A DNA stretch of 64,000 nt, from positions 1-64,000 of the forward strand of contig CAWENF010000014.1 of the NCBI GenBank assembly GCA_963810275.1, read 5' to 3'. Source of the DNA: an uncultured archaeon. Lineage in GTDB: Archaea; Thermoproteota; Bathyarchaeia; Bathyarchaeales; Bathycorpusculaceae. How positions within the stretch are numbered: the stretch's first letter is position 1; every line of letters starts with the position of its first letter. The notes beneath the pieces are model-generated. The model had not been told where the DNA came from. It worked only from the letters and a program-made list of their open reading frames with translations, and searched no databases. The translations under genes and the position numbers were made by a program. This document shows positions 41,002 to 50,660 of the stretch, in pieces.

Positions 41002-42067
41002 ATGAATTTGAGTTTAAACTACCATTACATGCAGTTACCCCGCGAAGTCATAGTCGGAAAAAGGACCTCTAAGTCGCATTCCCGAAGTAGTATCCAGACT
41101 GGGACTAAAAGGCAAAGCCCTTGTAATCTCTGACGATAAATGCTACAAGGTAGCAGGCAAAAAAGTTTCAACCTACCTTCAGCAATCAGGACTCATACCT
41201 GACTTTTTACTTATCAAAGCTATGACTGTTGACGAGTTAATAGTAGTTGAGAAAGTCCTCAAGGAGCAGAAGCCACGAGTGGTTTTCGGAGTCGGTGGCG
41301 GAACCATAATAGATGCCTCCAAACTTAGCAGCGCAAGCCAAAACATCCCGTTTGTCAGCGTCCCGACCACGGTTAGCCACGACGGTATCGCTAGCCCCTT
41401 AGCTTCCGTTAAAGGTTCAGACAAACCCTACTCGGTCCTCGCCCAAGCCCCCATGGCAATAATCGCCGACACAACAGTCATCTCTAAAGCTCCATGGCGC
41501 TTTGTCATAAGCGGCTGCGGCGACATAATCAGCAAATTCACTGCCGTAAAAGACTGGGAACTCGCACACCAAGAAAAGGGCGAATACTACGGCGGATACG
41601 CAGCCAGCCTCGCACTTATGAGTGCTAAACTGGTGACAGAAAACGCACAGTTGATTGTAAAAAAGAAAGACGAAGGCTTACGCGTACTAATCGAGGCGTT
41701 GATTAGCTGCGGAGTAGCCATGAGCATCGCTGGCAGCAGCAGGCCATGCAGCGGCGCTGAGCACCTCTTCAGCCACGCCCTAGACATACTTAACCACAAT
41801 CATGCCATGCACGGAGAACAATGCGGCGTAGGAGCAATCCTAACCAGTTTCCTCCACGGATCTAACTGGCAAAAAATCAAAGCCACCCTTCAAAAATTAG
41901 GCGCACCCACCACTGCACACGAATTAGGAATAAAAGATATGGAATTAGTTAAGGCGTTGCAGGTGGCGGCACAAATCCGCCCAGAACGGTACACTATCCT
42001 GCACAAGCTCAACTTGGGCTTTGACGCCTGCGAAACCGTCGCCCGAGCAACCGGCATCATAAGCTAA
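41002..42067 (+). CDS. egsA: sn-glycerol-1-phosphate dehydrogenase; one extra base in the A run near 41060
   Basis: HYMQLPREVIVG in the upstream frame, then GVGGGTIID, PTTVSHDGIAS, SSRPCSGAEHLFSH, HGEQ and RPERYTIL. Confidence 0.93.
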
Positions 42068-42450
42068 GTTTTCATAAGGGGCTCTAGTATAGCGAATGCA
42101 TTGCCTTCAGGGTCTTCCGCTGCTGCTATCCACCCTACTTCTGGAACTTCCTGTTTTGCCTGCGTGATTTTGCCGCCTAACTTGACTATTTTATCGAGGA
42201 ATTCGCTGACGGATTCGACGGCGATGTAGTTGATGGGTTTGCTCTCTGGAACTAAACACTTGTATAGTCCACCGTTGACGCCTGGTGCTTGGAGCATACC
42301 CTTGTCGTCGGTGGGTACGGTTTGTATTATCCAATACTCGACTGGCCCGCCTGCTTGGACGATTTTCCACCCGAAAACTTGTTCGTAGAAGCTTTTGAGT
42401 TTCTGTACATCGTTTGCAGGGATTTCAAAATGAACAACTGTGTGATTCAA
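42064..42450 (-). CDS. VOC/glyoxalase family protein
   Basis: VVHFEI...FYEQVFGW...GVNGG...DPEGN. Confidence 0.92.
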   Translation of the reverse strand: MNHTVVHFEIPANDVQKLKSFYEQVFGWKIVQAGGPVEYWIIQTVPTDDKGMLQAPGVNGGLYKCLVPESKPINYIAVESVSEFLDKIVKLGGKITQAKQEVPEVGWIAAAEDPEGNAFAILEPLMKT

Positions 42451-42584
42451 ACTTTCTTCACCTCCATCTACCTCAACCGTAATGGATAGAAATACAATCT
42501 ATAGGTAGAGCACTTTGGAGATTTAACTCTTACCAAAACAAGAAAACAAAAATTAGCTAAATAGAAGAAAAGGGTTTGAGACGC

Positions 42585-43391
42585 TTACTGAGGCGCTTCA
42601 GTTTTTGCTTCTTCAGCAGGTTTCTCCTCCGCGGATGCAGGAGTCTCGGCTGCTGGTGCTTCTGCGGCGGGTTCTGGCGTAGGTGCGGGGGCTGCTTCGG
42701 GTTTAGGTTCTGACTTGAAGGTTTCGACGAACTTTATTTCAGTAAAGTCAGGAACGAATTTTTGAATATCCATGGCGATGCCGCGTTTGTAGATTTCAAG
42801 GTGCTCAATGTAGAATGCGTCTTCAGGAACATCAATTGTTAATGTAGCGCCATCTAAAGTGAGGGTGAATTTCCCTTCTTCGACAATGGGGATTCTACGG
42901 TGGACCAGCGAGTTGATTTTATCTTCTTTGCCTTCGAGCTGTTTGGTAACTGTGACTTCGTAGACGAGCGTTCTGCCTGCCAAGGGCGGGTTGAAGTCAA
43001 GTAAAACGCGACCTGCGCCAATGCTGCGGACTGTGGCGTTTTTGCCTTGGAACTCGATTTGTGCACCGATGACTGGGTTGATTTCTTTAGCGTAAAGTTG
43101 CTTGATTGGGACGCGTTTGATTTTTTCTGGGTCTCTAGGTCCGAAGCCTTTCTCAGGCGAAATCTCCACGGTTGCCGGTTTGGCGACTTCCATGGTTTTT
43201 AGAGAATCGTCAAGGGCTTCCATAACCCAGCGTTCTCCGATAACTACGAGTTTAGGTTCGTATATTCTGCCTTCTTTGAAAAGGTGCTCTTTTTTAGCGA
43301 CATCTTCTTGGGTTGTGTCAAAAACTTCGTTTGTTTCTTTAACTTTAGCTACGTAATCGATGAGAATGAAATCTCCTTTTTGTAGGGCCAT
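42585..43391 (-). CDS. Archaeal long-type FKBP peptidyl-prolyl isomerase
   Basis: KGDFILIDY, VFDTT, PEKGFG and LDFNPPLAG, with an Ala/Glu/Pro tail. Confidence 0.93.
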   Translation of the reverse strand: MALQKGDFILIDYVAKVKETNEVFDTTQEDVAKKEHLFKEGRIYEPKLVVIGERWVMEALDDSLKTMEVAKPATVEISPEKGFGPRDPEKIKRVPIKQLYAKEINPVIGAQIEFQGKNATVRSIGAGRVLLDFNPPLAGRTLVYEVTVTKQLEGKEDKINSLVHRRIPIVEEGKFTLTLDGATLTIDVPEDAFYIEHLEIYKRGIAMDIQKFVPDFTEIKFVETFKSEPKPEAAPAPTPEPAAEAPAAETPASAEEKPAEEAKTEAPQ

Positions 43392-43723
43392 CTTTTATCA
43401 TCCTTTAACTGTACGGGGAAGTGTAGAGTTCCAAAGCGCAATAAAAACTTTGTCCAGCCAGAAACGTATGTAATGACACAAAAACAGCGCTTTATTCCTC
43501 AAAAAGGAAGAATAGCTTTTAGGAGCCTTTTCAATAGGGAACTATGTATATAATAGATTTGGTCATAGGTAGTTTAGAGAGCGTCTATTTTTTGTGTAAT
43601 ATGTCAAATCTAGAAATATAGTTCATAAGTAAAAATTGTGAATTAAGATTTGAGAAGGCAAGCGAGGATGAAGGAGAAGGTTCATGTATTCTATTAAGAC
43701 CGGTATTCTGCCCAGCCTTCATA

Positions 43724-44032
43724 TTGGTAGCTATGGGGACAATAGACTGCATAACCACAGTAATCGGCACCCTCCATTTTGGCGCTACGGAATCCAACCC
43801 AATCATGGCATCCGTAGTAGGTAATGTCCCTCTTTTCATGTCGCTCAAACTCGCAGCAACATTCTGCATCGCAAGCACCTACGTTTTAGCCAATAAAATC
43901 CTCCACAGCAGCCTGGACAAAACCACCAAAGGCTTCCAGGTTGGCAGCAAAATAATTAAAGGCACATATTCTGGCTTAATTATGTTCTTGGTTGTGGTGG
44001 TAGTCAACAACTGCTTAGTGCTCATAGTATAA
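43724..44032 (+). CDS. DUF5658-like membrane protein (paralog of 28950-29300)
   Basis: MGTIDCITTVIGTLHFGATESNP...KL...VVVVNN aligns by eye with MGTLDCLTTVVGTMYFGTKELNP...VVVTNN. The start may be upstream. Confidence 0.75.
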   Translation: MVAMGTIDCITTVIGTLHFGATESNPIMASVVGNVPLFMSLKLAATFCIASTYVLANKILHSSLDKTTKGFQVGSKIIKGTYSGLIMFLVVVVVNNCLVLIV

Positions 44033-44198
44033 ACCCCGCTGGGACACCAGAAAACCACTAATATAAGCCATAAGTATGGGCGTAGAAACACAAATCAAAT
44101 ATTTAGGTGCCAACAAATCTAACTTGTACAAGCGCCAACGCGTAAAAAGCTAAGAAACGCTTAACTGAGAAACAGTACATATCAGGTTGTGAAACCAA

Positions 44199-44837
44199 AT
44201 GCCGTTCAATTTATTCCACAGAAAAAAGCCAGAACAAGAAGAACCAGAAGCAGCCCCAACCACCGAACAGGCACCTGAGCCCACGCCAGAAGCCCCAGTT
44301 AAAGCTGCATTTGAACCCATAGAGTCTGAAATGGTTGAGGAATCCAAAACAAATCTACAATCAGAACCAGAGCCTAAACCTGAACCCGAATCGCCAGCAG
44401 CGGAACCCGAACCTCAAGAACACCCCGGAGAGCAACCAGCCGAGGCGCCAATAGCATTAGAACCGCAGCCAGAACCTGAACAACCCGTTAAATCGCCGTC
44501 AGAGGAACCCCAAGCACCGTTAGAACCAGAACCTACATCTAAAATTTATCTAAAAGCCATGCCGCTCAAAGAATTAACGGATGTAGAAAACGTAAAAGAA
44601 GCAGTAACGAACGGCAACATAATAATTTTGCGAATCACACCTCTTGCTGGAAAGAGCATAGAGGACGTCAAAAAAGCAGTTAACGACTTGTTCGAGTTTT
44701 CTGAATCCGTGGGTGGCGACATCGCCCGCCTTGGTGAGGAGCGTGTTGTTATCTGCCCTAAAACAGTGCGAATTTGGCGTGAAAAAACTCCAGTGCCAGT
44801 CCCGAAAAGAGATCCGCTTCCGCCTACAACAGCCTAA
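44199..44837 (+). CDS. sepF: SepF-like cell division protein with Pro/Glu-rich N-terminal extension
   Basis: C-terminal GNIIILRITPL...VGGDIARLGEERVVICP. Confidence 0.85.
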   Translation: MPFNLFHRKKPEQEEPEAAPTTEQAPEPTPEAPVKAAFEPIESEMVEESKTNLQSEPEPKPEPESPAAEPEPQEHPGEQPAEAPIALEPQPEPEQPVKSPSEEPQAPLEPEPTSKIYLKAMPLKELTDVENVKEAVTNGNIIILRITPLAGKSIEDVKKAVNDLFEFSESVGGDIARLGEERVVICPKTVRIWREKTPVPVPKRDPLPPTTA

Positions 44838-46749
44838 AGGTTTCCAGCGCAGACGGAACCACTGTATGTATTCCGGCTTTGTTGTCTAGGAAGTTGCCGA
44901 AGTTTAGGGTCTTTTGTCTTTCGCCGTGCACTACAAAGATGCGTTCAGGTTTAGGAGACAGATGGGTGAGATAGTTGACAAGTTGGCGGCGGTCGCTGTG
45001 TCCACTGAATCCTTCCACGGTTTGTACGCCCATTTTGACGCTGAAAGCAGCCATTTTGCCCTCGTTATCCATCATGGTGACTTCGCCAACGCCTTTCTGC
45101 ACGCGTCTCCCCATGGTGCCCTCGATTTGGTAGCTGACAAAGATGATTTGGTTTAGCTCGTTTGAAGCCCAGTTCTTAAAGTACTCAATTACGGGACCGC
45201 CTTCAAGCATACCGCTCGTGGCGAGTACAATACAAGGTTCACCTTCCATGATGCTACTGCGTTGGCTTGGGTGATCAACAATAGTGAAGTAATCAGATTT
45301 GAAGGGGTTAACTTCCTCGTGGAGGATGCTGTGCCGCACTTCGCGGCCAAGGTATTCGGGGTAGGCGGTGTGGATGGCTGTGGCTTCGCTGATCATGCCT
45401 TCAATGAACACTGGCGCCTCCTTCATTAGACCCCGCTTCATGTAGCCGTCGATGACCAACATGATTTCCTGAGCTCTGCCCACGGCGGGCACGGGTATGA
45501 GAACTTTGCCTTTACGTTCCAAGGTCTGGTTGATTGCTCGGGTTAGAGATTCTTCAGCTTCTACTCTGGTAGGCACAATGTCATCGGATCCACTGTAGGT
45601 AGATTCGGTGATGACAGTTTCGATTCGTGGAAACTCTGTGGCAGCCGCTTCAAGGAGCATAGTTCTTCCGAACTTGTAGTCGCCAGTGTAGACAATGTTA
45701 TGGAGGCCTTCACCTATGTGGAGGTGAACCATTGCGCCGCCCAAAATGTGACCACTGTTGTGTAGTGTTAAGCGGATATCGGGAGCGATGTCGGTGACGA
45801 CACCGAACCTGAGAGGGATCGTGTGAAGCACAGCTTCGCGAACGTCTTTTTGGTCGTAGAGGGGTGTAACGCCCTGCTTGTTGGCTACGTCGAGGTAGTC
45901 AAGCTGAAGCATAGTCATCAGATTTGACGTTGGCGCAGAGCAGTATATGGGTCCGTCGTAACCATACTTGTATAGGAATGGCACAAGCCCACAGTGATCG
46001 AGGTGCGCGTGACTTATGACAACAGCGTCAAGCGAGTCTATTTCAAACTCGGGACTGTCGAAGCGTGGGAATGACTCAAACGGTCGGGTAGAGCCAGGAT
46101 GGATACCACAGTCCAGTAGTACAGATGATTCGCGGGTTTTAATTAGGAATGCGCTGCGTCCAACTTCCTGTGCACCGCCCAAAACTGTCATGCGAACGTC
46201 GCCGACTTCGTAGCTTTTTGGGCGGAAAATACGTTCACCCACGGTTCGCAAAATGCGTTCGCGTTCTTTGCTTTCTGAGTGCAAGTAATGGCGCATATGA
46301 GTTACAATTTTAGATTTAATCGGCGGGCTACGTAGAACATGTGGACGCCACTTGGTTTTCTTAATTATTTCCTGAAGCACCGCGCCGTTTCTACCAATGA
46401 CTAAGCCAGGTTTTTTGGTTTCGATTATGATTTCGCCCAGTGAAGGGTCGAAGTTTATGTCGGTGATTTCAGCTTCGGGCGAGATGAGTTCACGGGCGAT
46501 TTTCTCTGCTTCCACCTCGGGGATACGCACGGATGGGTCGGGACGTATAACGATTCTTTTACGTATGACGCCGACTATCTCGGCCACGATGCTACTTTTG
46601 TCAACCAGAATTTCTGGACGTTTAGTGTAAACTGCAAGCATAGGACCCTCATATTCGATGCGGGTGACCTCTGCTTCGCGGGGAACTTTTTCGAGAATAT
46701 ACTGGCTAATTTCTATTTTATCCTTGTCTTTGTCTTGTGTTCGAGCCAC
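44824..46749 (-). CDS. fttA: Beta-CASP ribonuclease aCPSF1 / termination factor FttA
   Basis: N-terminal KH domains, EVGRS, SHAHLDH, SGHILG, SGML and FSGHSD. Confidence 0.96.
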   Translation of the reverse strand: MARTQDKDKDKIEISQYILEKVPREAEVTRIEYEGPMLAVYTKRPEILVDKSSIVAEIVGVIRKRIVIRPDPSVRIPEVEAEKIARELISPEAEITDINFDPSLGEIIIETKKPGLVIGRNGAVLQEIIKKTKWRPHVLRSPPIKSKIVTHMRHYLHSESKERERILRTVGERIFRPKSYEVGDVRMTVLGGAQEVGRSAFLIKTRESSVLLDCGIHPGSTRPFESFPRFDSPEFEIDSLDAVVISHAHLDHCGLVPFLYKYGYDGPIYCSAPTSNLMTMLQLDYLDVANKQGVTPLYDQKDVREAVLHTIPLRFGVVTDIAPDIRLTLHNSGHILGGAMVHLHIGEGLHNIVYTGDYKFGRTMLLEAAATEFPRIETVITESTYSGSDDIVPTRVEAEESLTRAINQTLERKGKVLIPVPAVGRAQEIMLVIDGYMKRGLMKEAPVFIEGMISEATAIHTAYPEYLGREVRHSILHEEVNPFKSDYFTIVDHPSQRSSIMEGEPCIVLATSGMLEGGPVIEYFKNWASNELNQIIFVSYQIEGTMGRRVQKGVGEVTMMDNEGKMAAFSVKMGVQTVEGFSGHSDRRQLVNYLTHLSPKPERIFVVHGERQKTLNFGNFLDNKAGIHTVVPSALETFRLL

Positions 46750-46753
46750 AGTA

Positions 46754-47398
46754 TTAACTTCCTGCCTGTAGCAGCTTAGATTTCTCCTCGTCGGTTAACT
46801 CTTTGTAACCGAGCTTGGTGATTACTATAATGTTGTAGTTGTTGCCGCTTGCTACGTCGCGTTTCATGGCTGCATTGACAGCCTTAGCGATGGTAGGCAA
46901 CGTTTCTTCTATAGTGGAGTCTTCTTTGAATTTGTCTTCCAAAACACCATAGGCAACTGGGCTGCCGCTGCCGGTGGAAACCATTTTTTCTTCGGTTAAG
47001 CTTCCGTAAGGGTCCAAGTTGAACACGTGAGAACCAGATTCGTCTACGCCGCCGACAAGCACTTGAGTTTGAAGGGGAATATATCTGCCTTGGAAAAGAA
47101 GGTTTGCAACCAGTCTTGCCGCTGAAGCAATAGGTATGGGGCGGTTCAGGTTGGTTTTGTAGAGTTGAGCATTGGCGGTTAAGATGTCGACGACGCGTTG
47201 GGCATCTGCGACTGTTCCGGCGATGGTCATGCCGATGTGGTCGTCAATTTTGTAGACTTTTTTGCCTGCTTTGTGAGCAACGTAGTAACCCATGGTTACA
47301 CGGGTGTCAGAGGCTAAGATTACGCCGTCTTTGCATACGACGCCGATTGTTGTGGTTCCTTTGAGGATTAATTGGCTAGCTGGGTTATTTTGTGACAT
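46754..47398 (-). CDS. psmB: Proteasome beta subunit
   Basis: LKG|TTTIG propeptide cleavage site, ASDTR, GSGS and RDVASG. Confidence 0.97.
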   Translation of the reverse strand: MSQNNPASQLILKGTTTIGVVCKDGVILASDTRVTMGYYVAHKAGKKVYKIDDHIGMTIAGTVADAQRVVDILTANAQLYKTNLNRPIPIASAARLVANLLFQGRYIPLQTQVLVGGVDESGSHVFNLDPYGSLTEEKMVSTGSGSPVAYGVLEDKFKEDSTIEETLPTIAKAVNAAMKRDVASGNNYNIIVITKLGYKELTDEEKSKLLQAGS

Positions 47399-47567
47399 AG
47401 TTTTTTGCTCCTAAAACTCCGTTTTGCGGAATGCCATCCACTAGGAAGATGCATGAAGTAATCAATCTATGAGCCTAATTAATATTTCGCCAAACATTTA
47501 GAGCAACATATTCCCATATAGAAGTGGCAAAGAGAGGAACATTTTTAGGTAACTGGCGATGTTAGTT

Positions 47568-47644
47568 GCAACTCGGCGCGTGAGTGGTGCTTCCCACCCG
47601 TTGCGCCAAATAAAATAAAACCCGGAGTAGGGAGGCAAATACAG
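47568..47644 (+). promoter_or_regulatory. Structured 5' leader of queT-queC, candidate riboswitch
   Basis: Stem GGCGCG/TGCGCC. The loop segment TGCTTCCC is complementary to GGGAGGCA covering the SD. A-rich linker between them. Confidence 0.5.
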
Positions 47645-48175
47645 TTGAAAATACGAACCAAAGATTTAGCTCTAATAACAATATATGCCGCTTTATATGC
47701 GGCGCTTGTAGTTGGATTAGCACCACTCTCTTATGGACCCCTTCAAATTAGAATCGCCGACGCTATGGTTGCATCAATACCCATCTTTGGCATGGCTGGT
47801 GTTTTGGGACATACACTGGGCGTTTTTGTTGCGAACATGTTCTCACCTTTAGGATTTATTGACTTACTCAACACCATCCCCTCGTTTGTTATGGCATTTG
47901 TGGTTTATTATGTGTATAAACGCACACAAAACGACTACACCATCATCGCTACGTGTCTGACGTATTCAGCGGTTTTGGGCGTTACAGTAGGCTGGATGCT
48001 GTCCCTTTTTGGGGCTCCACTGCTCTTAACTATGGCGTACGTTGGAATTGGCAATGCAATCGCAAGCGTAGCAATCGGTTGGCCCATCTTCAAAGTGCTC
48101 AAAAGCATCGGCGTCTACAAATGGTTCTGCAACTGCACGTACGCCCAGCCTCCGGCAGGCAATGGTTCAAGTTAA
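47645..48175 (+). CDS. queT: QueT-family 7-deazaguanine precursor transporter
   Basis: AALYAAL...PLSYGPLQIRIADA...GVFVANMFSPLGFID, with multiple TM helices. Confidence 0.9.
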   Translation: MKIRTKDLALITIYAALYAALVVGLAPLSYGPLQIRIADAMVASIPIFGMAGVLGHTLGVFVANMFSPLGFIDLLNTIPSFVMAFVVYYVYKRTQNDYTIIATCLTYSAVLGVTVGWMLSLFGAPLLLTMAYVGIGNAIASVAIGWPIFKVLKSIGVYKWFCNCTYAQPPAGNGSS

Positions 48176-48187
48176 TGGTGAAAAAAT

Positions 48188-48841
48188 ATGGAATCAAGAA
48201 AATGTATAGTCGTCCTAAGCGGCGGACCAGACTCCGCAGTTGTAGCGCACTGGGCTAAAGCTCAGGGTTACCAAATCCACCCCATCACCTTCAAGTATGG
48301 GCAAATCGCCGAGAAAGAAACCCAAGCTGCAAAACAAATCGCCGAGAAACTTGGTACCACAACCAAAGTCATTGACCTCTCAGCGCTTAAAGAAATCTTT
48401 AGCGGCAACACCAGTCTGGTTAGCCGCGATATTCCGTTAACAGCGCAGTTCAGCAGCCCCATCATCGTACCCTTCCGAAACGCCATATTCCTGTCCGCGG
48501 CTGTTGCCTACGCCGTCACCGCCGGAGCACAAATAATCTTTTACGGCGCACACGGCAGCGACGAGCCATTCTACCCTGACTGCCGCAAAGAATTCTACGA
48601 AGCGTTCGAAAAAGCCGCCCGGTTGGGCACTGACTGCAAAATCAGCATCCAAGCACCGTTTAGCGAACTCAAAAAATCTGAAGTTATAACAGAAGGCGAA
48701 AAACTCAATGTACCCTTTGAGTTAACCTGGTCCTGCTATCTCGACGGCAGCAAACACTGTGGAAGATGCGAGTCCTGTGTCAACCGCAGAAAAGCATTCA
48801 AAGAAGCAGCAATCTCTGACCCAACAGCCTACGATGCTTAA
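48188..48841 (+). CDS. queC: 7-cyano-7-deazaguanine (preQ0) synthase
   Basis: LSGGPDS, YGQ, VPFRNAIFL, YPDCR and TWSCY...HCGRCESC. Confidence 0.96.
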   Translation: MESRKCIVVLSGGPDSAVVAHWAKAQGYQIHPITFKYGQIAEKETQAAKQIAEKLGTTTKVIDLSALKEIFSGNTSLVSRDIPLTAQFSSPIIVPFRNAIFLSAAVAYAVTAGAQIIFYGAHGSDEPFYPDCRKEFYEAFEKAARLGTDCKISIQAPFSELKKSEVITEGEKLNVPFELTWSCYLDGSKHCGRCESCVNRRKAFKEAAISDPTAYDA

Positions 48842-49914
48842 AATAGGGTTTTCTGTTTATCGCAAAATTGCAGGTTAGAAACCCTAACACCAATAAGCCT
48901 CATTTTTCTTCCATTAAGACATGGCAGTAACAACTCTTTTGAAGTTTTATTTAAATCCTCCACTCTGCCGGTCAGGCGTGGAAGCGTTTTGCTTTTCGTA
49001 TGCGTTTCGAAGCCTTGGTAACGGATTTTGACAGTGACTGTTTTGAATAGCAGTTTCTGTTCGGCGGCTTCTTTTTGCACTTCCATGCACAACTCATCGA
49101 GCACTTTGAGGATAGCGTCTGGATACGCGGTGTCCGCCTCAAATGTAATTTCGTGACTGATGCTTTTAAGACCCTCACGCTCTTCCACTTCACTCTGATC
49201 CACGCCTTTAGCGTTTAGATGCATCTGCATACCCATCACACCAAACATGGAAGCCAAAGCGGTTGGGTCGTAACGGGCTAAGTCGCCGACTGTTTTTATG
49301 CCTAACGCTTTGAGTTTAACTTCGGTTTTTCGTCCCACCCAAAGTAGTTTGCGCACATCAAGTGGTGCAAGAAAAATTTGGGCGTCCTCCTCTCTGACCA
49401 CAGTTAAGCCATCGGGTTTTTGGTAGTCACTGGCAACTTTAGCGACCAGTTTGTTGGGTCCAACCCCTATTGAGGCTGTAAGATGCTCTTTTTCCTTGAT
49501 TTCTTGTTTGATTTGGCGAGCTAACTCCTCAGCATTTTCCCAGCTATGAACAATATCCGACACGTCGAGAAAAGCTTCATCTAAGCCCCATTGTTCAAAT
49601 CTGCCAGAGTACCGCCGTGCTATCGCCATTATTTCCCCAGAAACCTTGATGTAAAGTGGGAAACGAGGCGGCAAGTACACCGCATCTGGGCAAAGCCGCC
49701 AAGCCTGCGAAATCGGCATCCCACTTCGGACCCCGGTTGCTCTTGCCTCATAGTTACTGGTGCTCACAACACCTCTGCCTTTGCCCCTTTTAGGGTCTGC
49801 TCCAACCACGACAGGGGTGCCTGCAAGCTGAGGGTCTTCACGTTCCTCCACCGCCGTGTAGAAGTGATCCATATCGAGGTGGAGGATGAAGCGTTTTTTC
49901 TCCCTCATTACCAT
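48838..49914 (-). CDS. dinB: Y-family DNA polymerase IV
   Basis: LHLDMDHFY, SNYEAR, GLDEAFLD and KVASDYQKPDG. Confidence 0.96.
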   Translation of the reverse strand: MVMREKKRFILHLDMDHFYTAVEEREDPQLAGTPVVVGADPKRGKGRGVVSTSNYEARATGVRSGMPISQAWRLCPDAVYLPPRFPLYIKVSGEIMAIARRYSGRFEQWGLDEAFLDVSDIVHSWENAEELARQIKQEIKEKEHLTASIGVGPNKLVAKVASDYQKPDGLTVVREEDAQIFLAPLDVRKLLWVGRKTEVKLKALGIKTVGDLARYDPTALASMFGVMGMQMHLNAKGVDQSEVEEREGLKSISHEITFEADTAYPDAILKVLDELCMEVQKEAAEQKLLFKTVTVKIRYQGFETHTKSKTLPRLTGRVEDLNKTSKELLLPCLNGRKMRLIGVRVSNLQFCDKQKTLF

Positions 49915-50016
49915 AAAGAACCTTTTGCACAATTAGAAATTTGAACCTATCGAAGAATCAGCCTGTCAAACCTAATATTCAACAGGAACCATAGTGAATC
50001 AGAGAGGATAAGTAAG

Positions 50017-50568
50017 ATGGATGTTTTTGAAGCTGTTCGAGTTCGCAAATCAATCCGAGCCTACCAAGATACGCCGGTTCCCAGAGAAAAACTTGAACGC
50101 ATTTTGGATGCGGGCAGGCTTGCCCCTTCGGCACGTAATACCGAGCCGTGGCATTTCATAGCCGTCACAGACACAGAAAAACGCAAGCGCCTCGCAGGCG
50201 GGTTATACGCCAAGTTCGTCGCCGAAGCGCCGCTCGCCATTGTTGTTTTGGGTGACAAAAAAGCCTCAGCAGATTGGTATGACGTAGATGCATCTTTAGC
50301 TTTGGAGAACATGGTTTTAACAGCGGTAAACGACGGACTAGGAACATGCGTCGTGGGTAGTTTCGACGAAAAAGATGTAAAAGACTTGCTTAAAGTGCCA
50401 GAAAACTTTGAAGTCATCGCTTTGATTGCAGTCGGCTACCCGAAAGAGAAAATAGATTTAACCGGCAAGTTGTTACGCCTAGTGAGCACCCGCAAAATCT
50501 TAACAGAAATCGCCAGTGAAGAAGAATACGGCAAGCCCTTCGTACCCAAAACATGGCTGCAAACCTGA
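50017..50568 (+). CDS. Nitroreductase family protein
   Basis: RKSIRAY, APSARNTEPWHF, GLGTC and AVGYP. Confidence 0.93.
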   Translation: MDVFEAVRVRKSIRAYQDTPVPREKLERILDAGRLAPSARNTEPWHFIAVTDTEKRKRLAGGLYAKFVAEAPLAIVVLGDKKASADWYDVDASLALENMVLTAVNDGLGTCVVGSFDEKDVKDLLKVPENFEVIALIAVGYPKEKIDLTGKLLRLVSTRKILTEIASEEEYGKPFVPKTWLQT

Positions 50569-50660
50569 TTTTCTTTATATTTACGATTGGCATGTACCAT
50601 CCAGTAACGGCTAAATACGACAAAGCATAATCCGTTGATTACTTAGCAGGGGATACCATT

